Shown here: piece after piece, positions 1 through 14,154 of the stretch | Layout: the number at the start of each line of letters is the position of its first letter | Position numbering within the stretch: the first letter of the stretch is position 1 | Assembly (NCBI GenBank): GCA_012295275.1 | Contig: CM022672.1 | Span: 27,590,001-27,654,000 of the forward strand | Reading direction: 5' to 3' | DNA: 64,000 nt | Source: Chrysomallon squamiferum | Taxonomy: Eukaryota; Animalia; Mollusca | The notes under the pieces: generated by a model | Seen by the model: only the letters and a program-made list of their open reading frames with translations | Databases searched by the model: none | What the model was told of the DNA's origin: nothing | Made by a program: the position numbers and the translations under genes

Positions 1-162
1 AATGTTCAGTTCTAAATCTTTTCTTAAACATGCTTCCTACTTTTAATAGCACAAATTGAAGTAAAATATGCAATCCATACCATAAAAGAATAAATAAATA
101 AATAAATAAATAAATAAAAAATATCAATAAATATTTAAAAATAATAATAATCTTGTAAATAC

Positions 163-2710
163 CTCAGCACGAGTTAGTGTTATCTGGGCAAAATGTCCTG
201 GATATTTGAGCTGCAGTATTCGCTGCAAGAAAGAATCAAGATGGATGCCTCCTAGATTCAATCTTCGACAGTTTACTGAATCAATGCGTCCATTCAGAAA
301 GGGAAGAACATGTGTTGCCTGATAACCACAGTCAACAATCAGAGCATCTGCTGTGGCTGAAAGACAGAAATAAATTAGCTGAGATTAAAATAACCATAAA
401 AAAAATAAAATAAAATAAAATAAAATATATAAATAAGGGCAGAAATGAAGCGTATGATAAAGAGAAAAGACAGTTTTAATTAGAATCATTAAATGAAAAA
501 TATATATATTCTGGCATATTAAAATTCTGTTTAGCTACTTTAATGATTCCAGCCATATCATACTAAAGAGATTATACTTAATAGTAAAATGTTATGATTG
601 AACACAAATAAAAGTTTCTCATTAAATAACAATGTCGCATTGTCATATTTTTAGTTTTGTTTGCCTGGAGGGTAAGAAATATTTTTTCTTATTTTGGATT
701 AAGAAAATAGACATGAAAAACAGGTGATATTTAACACATAATCTATAAATAATAAGTGATTAAATATTGTTCTTACATGCATTACTATTGTTGTGATAGA
801 AACTGAACAGGGAATCCACTCCATATACAATCTGAGGTATGTGGTAACACTCAAACAGCAGCTCAGACATTTCTGAGAAACAAAAGATTATTTTTAATCC
901 AACATTAAAAAAAACCCCTGAAAACATTGAGTTATTATTTTTTTTTATAATTTGTTGATTGCCTAAATATTGAAACTGAGATCAAACAAAGATGAACTGG
1001 GCTATACCCATTTATATGCAAAAAAACTACTGTAACTAAAATAATTTCTTTACTTGCTCATTTTTACTAAATACAATATCTCTGACATTAATTTAAAAAT
1101 ATACTGAATTTAATTAAGCAATATTACATTTACTTGAAAAAAATATTAATATCACTGAGTAAACACATACATACAGAGATGATCTATTATGCATACACAT
1201 ATACAAATAAATTTATGAAATGACAATGTTACTAAAGTTTGAAAGCACTCACGCTGGCGGCAGTAGTTTGGATTACAAACTGGTTCTGTGATAACCACAG
1301 GGTGGTCCACACGCCCTTCAGTATTTATTCCAAGATGGCTAAAAATGTAGTCAAATATCTGTTCCTGTACCAGTGAAAATAAAATGCAAATGAACCAAAG
1401 TGAAGTTAGTAACATTTCAAGAATTTATTTCAATAAAAATAATGATTTCAATGACCAGTGCACTGTCCAGCAAAATTTCATTTAGTCAGTGGTAGTAATG
1501 AATGTTAACAAATATGCTCTTCCTTACAAAGATAATTAGAATGGAAATATGTTGTGTCTGGTGCTAAAAATATTTCTGTCATTTACTTGCCTGTACATCA
1601 TAAAGTGTGACCACATTTCTGTCAAACTGTGTTCGAAGAACCCAGCGCACAACTTCAATATTTGAAATGTCATTACCAATCTGAAGGTCAGACTCCTGAA
1701 ATCAAAATTAACATTTCTTTTTTTTATCTTTCATTTACATTTACTTTTTTGTAATTAATCTATGTTCATAGTTCTTAGACAAAAATATTACTATTCTTAG
1801 GGTATTAATTTCACATTAAATTGATTGCAATATAATCAGTTACGTATTTTAAAATACATTGTGATAATATAAAATAATAAATTAAAGACAAGGAAAACAA
1901 GAATTAGTAGATGATAGAACAGTATTTTCAATCCTTTAACTAACAAATGCATGAACAAATTCAAAATTAATTTACAAAACATTTTCTTGCCTTTTTTTGT
2001 TTTAATTATTTATATCTAGCTTTATCATTTAGAAACTTAAAACAGTATAAATGTATTACATGTATGCCTTTATTACTATATTGCAAACCAAATATTTAAT
2101 TCAAAAATTCAACTTTCACCAGGTTTATAAAATAAGAAAAAACAATGAAAACAGAAAAATAAACAAAGACCATATTAAAAATAAATACAGGTTGAGGTTA
2201 ACTAATCATATAAATTATATAATAAAAGGGGGAAGTGTTAAATTATTATTAATAAAATATAAAATGCATTTAACAAAAAAATCTATAAATTATTACAATT
2301 ATTTACTACCATAAATTACATTTTACGTGTATGTATGTATGCATGCATGTATAACTGGGACATGGATACAGAATAGAAAGATAAAAGAATACCTTTTTGC
2401 CTCGTTGCTTTGCTGTAATATTTTTAAAGATCAGGGTTGGCTCTGATTTGTTTGCCCAACCTGCCCGACATTGATATGTTCCTGAAACAGTTTTAAAAAC
2501 GTGTTTTAACTTTGATAGAAGAATATGATAATATATATTTCTTATTTTTTCTTTCTGAAAATTCCAGCGGAGAAATAGAAAATTTGCAAACACTGTACCA
2601 TTATCAATAACAATTGGAATTTTGCTCTGTTGCAAAGAAGCTGGATATTCGAGAACTACATCAGGTACAGGTTTCTCATCTTTAAATGTGTACACCTGGA
2701 TTCCCGCCAT
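163..2710 (-). CDS. ACTR5: Actin-related protein 5 (INO80 subunit), 5' six coding exons; gene continues beyond the window start
   Basis: Phase-consistent exons 2710-2599, 2481-2393, 1695-1591, 1364-1253, 872-777, 356-163. They read [47 protein letters not shown]...[12 protein letters not shown]...[14 protein letters not shown]...[43 protein letters not shown]...[22 protein letters not shown]. These are actin-fold motifs with Arp5-specific signatures. Confidence 0.95.
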
Positions 2711-4436
2711 CAAATCTGTGGAATAAAATAAGATTAGCAATGTGTCTGTATTTATTCTATGCATCAGACGTGGTCATTTAAAATTATTTTTTTCCCCAAT
2801 ATGCATAATTAGGTATTACTTCTAGTGTGTGTAATAAAGGAGTATATATATATATAAAAAAAAAAAATTAAAAAAAAAGTAAATAAATGGAAAATAACAG
2901 AAAAAAAAGATTGAAAAAAAAAAAAAAAAAAAAAAAGGGAAAAAAACAGAAATAAAGAAGGTTTAATTAAATAAATAAAAAAGATATTGACAACACTTGC
3001 CACTGTATTAAATAACATAGTGTCAACGTATTTTGTCATTCTTTGATAGCATTAGTGATTAGTTTCGGCTATGCTTCCTATTTTATGTGTTAGCGTTACA
3101 CACAAATATACTGTTTTTGTCCCTCTAACGTATAAAAGTAAAGGCCTCACTCTTATAAAGAATTAAGAATATAGACGTATAAGCAATACAATTCTGCTAT
3201 CATTAAAAGAAAACAACACTAAATTATGTTTATCATTAAATATAATAATTTGATATAATTGTAATGACATTTTGATCTTCGATCGAAAATAAGGAAACAG
3301 CGAAAACAGATACCATTGAACGCCGAGAAGTAAAAATATACAATAAAACAAAACTACTGATATATCAACAATAAAATAAAATACAATAAACATCCATAAA
3401 ACACGCCGCTGTTCAAATAATATAAAATAGTATTACTGTTTAAATTTTAAGTAATAAATTATTGTACATTTTCCTTTTTCAAATGAGTGAGTTGACTTTC
3501 TTATTTCACTGTTCAAAAGATCTCTTCTTATGACAAGTTTTTTTTTTATCATTCATATATTTTTTTATATATATATATATTAAGGTATTGTACTGAACTC
3601 AAAAGTCATACATTTTTATAATTTGCATCGTAATTATTTAAATTAATTTTTGGAATTAAATATAAATTTTGTTATCTAACTGTTCAGACACAATTAATGG
3701 CAGAGACCCGTTTCGTAATATTTTAATAATTTATGCCTCTGTGTAATAAATGCGGTTGTAATGGATCAGATAACATTGGTATTAAACGATCATAACGGTA
3801 TTTCGTTGAGTTGTTAAGGAAAAATTAATACAAATTAAAATAAATATAAGGTTAGTATATACAGATGTCGTACTATATGTCAAAACTATAAATCTTAGAA
3901 AACTACAAGTATAAATGTTGACTGGACCACGGCGATAGTTACATTTTAAAGATGATGCTGCGCTAACTGTAACATAATTTAGGTATGTGACAAATTTTTC
4001 AAAACTATAATTTTCCTATAAAATTATATATCATCCGAAAGAGAAAAAAAGGGGGGTGAGGAAATGCAGATTACAATGACACTAAAATGAGTAGATATGA
4101 AAAGATTGACGTATTTTCATCTGAATAAAATTTGCCCGTATTTTCCCTTCAGAATATGACACATTTCCTTCGTTTGACAACATAAACATTGAATATCTTC
4201 ATACAGATTCAAACCAATATCCATGTATTATCTGTCAAAATGTAGCTTTAGGCGAGTTTTATGGTTATGCAGTATTGTTAAGCATTTTGATAACCGCACT
4301 AATTAGCTCAAATGTACCTTACAAGTTAATTATGTAATTCTCGAAAGCTCATAGAAATTAAACCAGTATACAAACAGATCATTTTTCGAGACTGGTGAAT
4401 TGCATAGGCCTTTACATTTTCATGCATTTTGTTAAC

Positions 4437-4486
<50 letters not shown>

Positions 4487-5259
4487 CGATCAATTAATAA
4501 CATTAATTAGCGTTAATTTCCCGATGGACTTAATTACCGAGCTATATAAAAGTCATAAAAATATAACTTGCGAAGAACTGTTTTCATAAACATCATCTTT
4601 ATCAGAAAGAAAATATTATCTAAAACTGAAATATTATGCCACATAATTACTAAATCAAACAAAACTAAACATCGAACTTGTCAGACATCAGCAACAACAG
4701 CAATCGACATGGCCGCGTCATTTTCGTGAACACCCCCCACATTTTGATACCTAAAATTAAGTGTCTGTTACCCCAGATATTTGTATGAAATTAAGCAGAC
4801 TATGAGAAAAATGCGTAATTTGTAATTTGAATATGATTTAATGTCCAGAATAAACTTAGTTTTGTCACACGACGATAATTTTGAAACTGTAAACGTGTCT
4901 CTTGATTATCTGATCACATGACTATGACGAAGCTGAATATGTATACTGTGGCATACTTTTGTTGCTTTTGAAAAAATATAAAAATAATAACGAAACAGAA
5001 TGGCAAATGAGCGAATCCCCTTCAAGAAAAAAAAATCTTTATCTGTTATAACAAGTATAAACACATATTGAACATTAATAAAATTGATTATGGAGGTGTG
5101 TGTCTGTTATATATATGTTTATTATTCCTAACATGTTGTGCTGTTTCCTCTGCAGAAAATGGCTAATTCTGCAAGACAGATGAAAGTTTGAATACAAATG
5201 AAGTGTCTGCAGTCATCAAGAACGTTGGTAATACCAGTTTATTATTTACAGTGATAGGA

Positions 5260-7043
5260 ATGAAGGCAAGGCTAGTGACATATAAGTAACAGTATCATTT
5301 GCTAGGTAATAACAAATAACATGTTTACAACAATTTGCTGTTCATCATTACCCACTCATTGTTTGGATGTGGATATTCTAATATATTCTAATATATTCAT
5401 GATGTAATGAATCTGACTTGGCATCTGGTCACAAATACCTACACTAGTAATTAAGTGTAGAATTTATAGTTGCACATGTCATTTTGTAAGTTGATATTAC
5501 TTCTTTACAATAATGCTCAGAAATATTTACTTACAACAATACTGAAACACCCAGACAGCTTCTCTACTGCTGCAGCTTTTAAATTTACTTAACATTTTTA
5601 TTTATTTTTTTGTTTTAATAATAAATAAATAAACCCTAACTGAAACCATTTTTGATTAACCTATTGTTTGAAAATTTGTATGAATTTATTAACTATTATA
5701 TTTTATCCTTTCCTTGCAGATATTTATTTTTTTTTATCTTTGTATTTCAGGCAAGGCCAAGTTTTTTCATTGCTGTTCTTGTTGTTTGGGCTTTGGTTTT
5801 TATTGTCTTGCACTACATTTTCTTGCAAAAGGATTTTCTTAACAGAATATTTCGTGAGTCTAATAAAAATTTCAACCTGAATGTAAAAGTTTCATCAGAT
5901 ATATCAACAGATCACAATTCAGACAAATATATTATATATTTTTGTGATGGGAGTTTTTTGTGTGGCGGCTGGGCAGACCGAATCAAAGGGATATTTGCCG
6001 GGTATCTCATAGCAAATGCTACTGGAAGAAAGTTCAAAATCCAGATGGACGTTCCATGTGAAATTACAAATTATCTGCTTCCAAATTCTGTCAACTGGAC
6101 AGTTGATACTAAAGCATTGTTTGGAAAGTCTTCTAAACATTTTGTTGAAATCAGCAATGCTGAATTTCAGCAATCTTCTGCAGTTACAGATCTCAATACA
6201 GTGTTTGTTGAAGATGTTATATATTTTTCTTTCAATTTAGATCTTGTTCCATACATCAGGAGAAACCCTCACCACAAAGAAACATTAGAGTGGATGGAGC
6301 TTTATACTGATGCAAAACTCTACTTCCATCTTTTCAGAGAACTGTTTCAGCTGAAACCCAAACTCTCGCAGAAACTTCTGGACTTCAGACTCAAGATAGC
6401 TGATAACTCCAGACTATTCTGTGCTCAGATTCGCATGGGAAAAAATCCTTCTGCAATGAATGACTCAGAAGTACGAACATCTAATGAAGATGTCCTACTG
6501 GTTTGGGATTTCTTCCGCCATGTTGCCAAAAGTGACTTTTACCCCAATTCCAATCATCCTGATCCTAAAAAGGAACTCAAGCACTTTCATCAATATCGTC
6601 ATAATAATCTCCAGCAGGACAACATGCACTATTTACTGTTTGTGACATCGGATTCTGAACAAGTCAGAATACAAGCAGCAAATCTGTTTCCCCAGCACTT
6701 CTTAGATCTTCCTGGTAATCTTATCCACATCGAAAGGTCATTAGGGTCAAAGGAAAAACTGTGTGAAGGGTTTGGCAAAGTGATTCTTGATCAGCTTATT
6801 CTGGGTTACTGTGACATACTGGTCATTAGCAAGAGTGGATTTGGTGAGATTGCAGCTTACATGAGACTGAAGAATGACAACCTGTACTGCCTGCGATACT
6901 CTCGGTTATACAGATGTTATCTGCAAAACTTTGACTTTGATCTTGTGTTTACACTAAAGATAACATTTTGTGTAGTGTTTTCTTTAACTGTTGTTCTTGC
7001 TGTGTTAATCAGAAACTGTCTGTGTAATAAAAACAAAAAGTAA
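5260..7043 (+). CDS. Fucosyltransferase-like GT-B protein (alpha1,2/alpha1,6/O-fucosyltransferase superfamily), main coding exon ~5751-7043
   Basis: 463-codon ORF with an N-terminal TM segment, then CGGWADRIKGI, motif I CAQIRMG, motif II LFVTSDS and motif III DQLILGYCDILVISKSGFGEIAAYMR. The likely ATG is at 5260 in an upstream exon (acceptor before 5156). The splice into the main exon (acceptor before 5720 or 5751) is uncertain. Confidence 0.8.
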
Positions 7044-7076
7044 GAAAAATATATAATCAAGAAAAAAATAAGGTCA

Positions 7077-7256
7077 ACACATTTATTTAGATAATCATGC
7101 TCAGAATCAAATCAATGTTAATTTATTGTGATAGTTCTTTTATAGATGATGAATGTATAACACATTTATTAAGATAATCATGCTCAGAATCAAATCAATG
7201 TTAATTTATTGTGATAATATTGTGATAGTTCTTTTATATATGATGAATGTATAACA
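7077..7256. repeat. Tandem duplication (~85-95 bp x2) in the fucosyltransferase 3' UTR
   Basis: acacatttatt(t/a)agataatcatgctcagaatcaaatcaatgttaatttattgtgata...gatgaatgtataaca occurs twice head-to-tail. Confidence 0.9.
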
Positions 7257-10244
7257 AAAAGAAATGTTTTTATTCTGCTAATTTAGAAGATACAACAAAA
7301 CCTCCCCCTTAAAAAACTTGGAACTACCCAAACTGAGTTTCCATGTTATTTCAATATATAAAAAAAAAGAAGCATATATTAAGTTATAGTTGTAAAATAA
7401 AAAATAAAAATGTAACTGAACAGGACCTGTACTGATTCTTCATAACTTGAAAAAAATATTGATATTAAAAGATGAACTCAAAGTTTAATCAAATCTTTTC
7501 CTCAGGTTTAGAATATTTCCTGACAACAACCTTTTTATTCTGTTACACAAAGAAATTATCACATATACAAAAATATATATTGCATTATCAGACTTACAGT
7601 TTTAAATATTTTTCCACAAAAAGAGAAAGCATACAGCACTGGATATATTGGAAAAGTTTATTATGAGGAAGAACAAAGCTTAAAACAATTGAGTTGTGTC
7701 TAGGCTACTGAAAGAAGTATTATCTTTATAATCTATATAAGAATAAAAATCTGAATTACTACACAATTTAAAAATAAAACTGTTTTGATCAAATAACTCT
7801 AGACATTGTCATGAGTATGAAAGCAAATGATATATGTCAAACATTTTGAAAGAGAATATTTAGCAGTTTTCAGGTGAACAAATTTGCTATATTTATTTTT
7901 ATTTATTTATTGTGTTTTCAAAATAAGCCTTGTGTGTAATTATTTTTGGTAGGTGGGAGGGTATTTGTTAGATGGTGTAGCTCTGTTGAAGAAGAACAAC
8001 AAAAAGTAAATCGTCATCAACATCCATAATTAAAATAAGAGTACAACCAGAAAACTATATCAGTAAAATAAAACTGATACAAACTAAAACATCATTATTA
8101 CTACATATAAATTATTTTTAAAAATTAACAGTGCTAAGTATTTATCTTTCGTGCTATTTAAATTAAAGAGTAAATTTATTCAGTCTGATTTTTTAATAGT
8201 AAATAGCATATTATATCCCCTCCAAATATTATTAATAATAATATGTGTTAATGATTCATATCAGGTATATGATTATAAATCGTTTAACAAATATGTGACG
8301 TGTAATTTTAAAATTAATAATAATAATATTAATAAAATAATTAAAAGAGAATTGTTTTAGTGTTGTCAGGAAAATACAATTACTCTGTGCTAGTCTACCA
8401 TATTAGCAATGATGTCACAACTCCAATTGTAGTGTTCAGATCTGCAACAATATTATTTTTTTTTTTTTCATACTTTGTTATGAGCGATGACAAATTGCCA
8501 AGAAAAATACAGTGATAGTTTTAAAGTAAATATGTATTTGAACAGGTACACTTTAAGTAAATCTAATAACTGTATGTAAATACAGACTTAACGTATAATT
8601 ACGACAAAACAAACTCGTACTTGTTTATAGATATAAAAGAAAGGGAAGTAAATGCTATAGTTGAATTCCGGTCGAAACGTAACGTATTTAAAAAAATAAT
8701 AATAATAATAATAAATAAAAATTATATATATATATTTTTTTGTAATACAAATAATTTTGTATTTATAATTTAGTTTTATAAAGTAATGACTACATGCGTT
8801 AATTTTAGTTAATTATGACACTAAATTAATATATGCATTAAAGCTTTACCTAGCGAATAAAAATAAATGCTTTAAAATGGGATAACAATGTAAAGAGACC
8901 AATATTACATTAATGAAGTGAAAAAAAAAAATATATATTAATGCACAGGACATTTTTAAGTGTAATTCTTTGTATTAAAAAGTAGTATTTTACTGAACAG
9001 CAGTCATCTGACATTTAGCACAATTTCTCAGGCATAAAACACTATGTACGTACGTATGTACGTATGTATTACTCTGATTTAAGGTAATGATATTTAAACA
9101 GTTACAGAAGTTAATTCTGAACTGTACACGAGTCAAAGCTTCACGAAACAAAATTACAAATGAAAATTACTTCCGGCTGCAAGAGGTGTCAGGTGAACTC
9201 AAAGTTAATAGAGGAAGAAGCATCAAACTGACATTTAAAATAATAATCAAAATAAAAAGCCATGATTTGCTGTATTTATATTTAATTGGATATGCTGGAA
9301 GTTTCTTTCTTTTTTTATTTATTTATTTATTGTGACTTCAAAGTTAAAAGACCAGTACAAAATTATAAAATTAAGCCTGATTATTTTTGGATTTGGAAGA
9401 GGATAAGCTCAGATGAAACACAGCATAACCGCCCCAAAACCCCAAAACCCCAAAACAAAACAAACCCCACAAACGGATAAATAAGTAGATAAATAGATAG
9501 ATAGATAAATGGATAGATAGACAGACAGATAGATAAATAAATAAATAAATAAACAAATAAAAACTAAAAGAAGAGAAAAGAAAAAGAAACAAAGGAAAAA
9601 TAAAAGAAACGCCTCATACCGAAATCAACGATTTATTTTTTATTTTTTATACAAAGATTTTATTTAAAAAATATAAAATATAAATATCTATTCCGACAGA
9701 AACGATATCCACTGAATGTATTCCTTTATATCTACAGTTACCATTTGAAGTTTACTATCTTGTAAGGATCCCAGACATCTCGCCCAAAATTTTGCCTCAT
9801 TTTAAAAAAAGAGTCTAGTTACGGCCATGCTCTCTATATAGATATATTATTTATTTATTTATTTTATTTATTTTACAATTCATATTAATTACATACTATA
9901 ACAGCATTACTAGTTAGAGTTGAAAAAATGAAGCAATTTTACTTCAGATCTTTGAAAATCGTATTTGATTTTGTTTGATAAACTCTATTTATTTATTTAT
10001 TTATTCATTTTACAATGTATATATAAACGACACTACGATTTCAAAGTAATTCTGTTTACAAATAATAATAAAATGGAGAATAGAGCTTTTGAATATTTTG
10101 TCTAATGTTTCCACTAAATTTTATTTTTATCATGCTCTTTTGACAAAGTGAAATACCAATCAGGGCCAATATAGCAATAATTTGTTATAATGGTTGTGAC
10201 CTATGCATGAACAGTTTCAAATTCGGCAGTTTCCACCATGTTGA

Positions 10245-10290
10245 TGACGTTCCCAGGGTATAAATACGAGCATCCCACGTCGCTGCAGTC
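10245..10290 (+). promoter_or_regulatory. Core promoter of the secreted-protein gene: TATA box plus Inr-like element
   Basis: TATAAATA at 10259-10266, GCAGTC about 26 nt downstream, TGACGT half-CRE at 10245, and ATG at 10316. Confidence 0.55.
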
Positions 10291-10315
10291 ACAGACATTA
10301 ATGTATTCTACGAAA

Positions 10316-11330
10316 ATGAACAAGTTACTGGTTTGTTTCGTTCTCTTGCTTCTTTCAGGTATTTACTTTAATTTTGTTTTGTTTTGTTATTTTTATGTTT
10401 TGTTATGTTGTTATGTTATGTTTGTTTTGTTTTGTTTTGTTATGTTTTGTTTTATTATTTTAAATTAATTGGTTTTGGTTGGTTCAGTTTGGTTTTATTT
10501 ATTTATATATTTGTTAATTTTTTAAATTTATCTATTTGTTTGTTTGTTGTTGTTGTTTTTTGTGTGGTTGTTTGTTTTGTTTTGCTTTAGTGTTGTTTTA
10601 CATTTTTTCATTTTATTTATTTTATCTTAGTTTATTTTATAATATTTATTTACTATTCCTTATAATACGAATACTACAGTAGTTTGTTACCAGGTTATTA
10701 GACATACTTACAAGCAGCGGTCAAATTATTGACAAAACTGGACTGCTTTCTCTTGACAAATATAAAGTCATTTAAATCTGCCAGAAAAATCGTTTCAGCT
10801 GGTAAACAGAATGATCATAAATGATAACTTCTACATTCGATAAATCGTTGAGCATAGGAATATTAGTAATAAAAGTTTAAAAAGATGAAGCTGATATAAA
10901 TTAATTACGAATGATGATTATATAAAAAAAAAATACAAATTTTTCTTGTTCTCCTTGTTTTATTATCATCATCATCCTCATCTCTTGTTCGTTTTCTTCT
11001 TCTTCATCTTCTTCTTATTTTTATTGTTGTTATTATATTATTATTATTATTATTGTTGTTGTTGTTGTTGTTACTGCTATTATTATTATTGCGGTTGTTG
11101 TTATTATTATTATTATTATTATAGTTGCTGTTGTTACTGCTATTATGATTATTATTATTATTATTATTATTATAGTTGCTGTTGTTACTGCTATTATTAT
11201 TATTGATTATTTATTATTATTATAGTTGCTGTTGTTACTGCTATTATGATTATTGCGGTTGTTGTTGTTATTATTATTATTATTATAGTTGCTGTTGTTG
11301 TTGTTGTTACTGTTATTATTATTATTGCGG

Positions 11331-11398
<68 letters not shown>

Positions 11399-12415
11399 AG
11401 ATTAATGCATTTCTGTATTAATGTGTTTTTCCTCTGACAGCTCTGGTTAATGGCCACTGGTCGGAGTCTAACTACTGCGCTGAGCACAAACTGCAGCAGC
11501 GAGTTGAAAGCTGTTTTATTGAGATTTACCTCGTGTACGGCTCTTCTCCGGCTGATCAAGTACACTTCTCCGACTTCACGGACGAACAACGGATAGACGA
11601 CATGTGCAGGTTAGTGAGCTGAAACACGAACACGCGCACTCACACATGCAAACACTCACACACACATGTATACAACACATATCTATTATATCGGGCAAAA
11701 AAACACAAAAAAACCCCGCACTGTCTTTAACCTAATATCTCATTAAAAAATCCCACAGAAACAAAGAAAAAAAAACACCCAGCAACAACAAAAAAGGTTT
11801 GCTAGGTAATTAAAAACATGGATGTTTTCCGTTACAGGCCAAGTTACTGCAATTATAAGGTCCTCTCGTCATGGTATCTTTTCTAACCAATGATTTTTGG
11901 AAAATACAGTATTTTCAACATAAAAAACAGATTCTGTGAAGTTTTTCCATCACCAGTAACTTAAATAAACGAATGATAATTTATATAATACAACCATTCG
12001 TAGTTCATGATTAATGTATATTTTAGATTGTCATTACTAGGTAACAACAACAACAACAACAATAAGCTAAAGGATAAAGTTATACATGTACAAGTAAACA
12101 AAATTTGAACTCTTAACGGATGATAATTTACATACGTATTTCATGATTACGATATATCTTAAAAATCTATTAATATTTTACATCAGCATCCTAGAAAATG
12201 CGACTTCGTGCACAGCCGGCATACTGACGGAATGTCACGAACAGCGAGTGAGTGACCTTGTAATCCAGACTCTCAGACACATTTGGTTTTATATGCGGAG
12301 AGGGTAGACAAGGTAGGTCATCAGTAAGTGTAGAGTCTAATAAGATTTGAAAGTAAGAATACTCTTCATTGTAGATCAGATCCATGGGCTAAATCGGTTT
12401 ATTTCATTAACTGGC

Positions 12416-12464
<49 letters not shown>

Positions 12465-12742
12465 TAATATTAATAATAGTAAACATGTAGTGATGCAAAA
12501 ACTGCAGAATGAATAGATTTAATAATATCAGCATAGTTATTACATCACTTAGTGAGAACAAAATAATTATCATTATCTTCATTATCATTATCTTCATTAT
12601 CACCATCATTATCTTATCTTTATCATTATCACCATCATTATCATTATCTTTATCATTATCATCATCATGATTATCCTTATCGTCATCATCACTGTCGTTA
12701 TCATTATCTTTATCAATATCATCATGAACTTTATTATTTATT

Positions 12743-12802
<60 letters not shown>

Positions 12803-14111
12803 TCAGCACTTATTGAGGAGAAGCGATGCTGGCAAAATCCAACTCTGTTAAGGTATCTTGCCATCTGTGAACGTGAAACCAAGATGGCGGCCGCCAGGGC
12901 TAAATCCTTAAGTGATGTTTGTGTGTGAGTTACAGTTCCTTAGCTAATTATATTACAAAACGAATCTGTTACAGCTGACATATAAAACTTGTATAACTCT
13001 GTATAATCAAAACGATGGGTTAGAACAGATAGATTACTTCCTGGAATACTGAACATGAAACTGAAAATGTCTAGTAATTCTGGCTGTTTGGTTTATAGCA
13101 GTCATCGACAGAAGTGGTTGTAGTAGTAGTAATAATAGGAGGAACACTAGTAGCAGCAGTCACAGTAGTAGTAATAAAACCAGTAGCAATGTAAAATAGC
13201 AGCAGTAGTAACGCTCTAAGTAATAGTAATAGCAGCAGTTGTATTAGTAGTAAAATAGTAATAGCAGTAATAGCAGTAAAAGGAGTAGCTGTCTTATTAT
13301 TATTAGCAGTAATAGTATCGGTAGTAGCAACAGTAATAGTAATAGTAGAAATACCAATAGCAGTAGCAGCAGAAGCAATAGCACTAGCATTAATAGTAGT
13401 AGTAATAGTAGTAGAAGTAGCTCTTATTATTATTATTATTAATTTATTTATTTATGTATGTATGCAGTAGTAGCACTAATAGTAGTAGCAGAGGCATTAT
13501 TACTATTATTATTATTGCTGTTGTTGTTGTTGCTGCTGTTATTGCTGTTGCAGTAGTAGTAGTAGTCGTAACAAAGAATTATTCACAATTACTTTATTTT
13601 TCTCTATTTATCTTCCAGGATTTTGCACGACTACAAAGGTTGTGCGCAGACCAAAGTTACTGAACTGTGTAATGAAAACGCAGGAAACTTTGTAGGTGAA
13701 ATGTTCGATCACGCTACACGTGCCTCACTCAGTCAGCTCGGGTGTCACGCAAATTTAGTCCAAGCACGTAAGTTTGCAGTTAAAGTGATCATCTTTTGAA
13801 AAACTACGAGTTCTTCTGCACTTTGTATTTTTATATATGTCTGTCTGTCTTTCTCTCTGTTTGTATGTATGTATGTATGTATTAAGGATATGGATATATT
13901 ATTGATAATAATATACAAGATAGGGTTATCTGACGTTTGTGAGTTCGTATTTGAACTTCCCGAATATTGTCTAATCAGACGTACATAAATCATATTCATT
14001 TCTAAATACACACTGCCAGTTCCAGGTTTCCCATTCAAAAATGACGAAACACGGCGTTCTTCGTGGACTTCGTACACAAGACAGAGAACATTCATTCAGA
14101 GAACATTCATT

Positions 14112-14154
<43 letters not shown>

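Noticed and set aside
10946-11589. Poly-Y/C/I/L ORFs
   Set aside because: Translations of (TAT/TGT)n microsatellites. The same applies near 4395, 12376, 34449, 36995 and 37241.
12807-12816. In-frame TGA if exon 2 is joined directly to 12807 (possible selenocysteine)
   Set aside because: Wrong phase, and further stops follow in that frame. The intervening exon at 12187 explains the structure.
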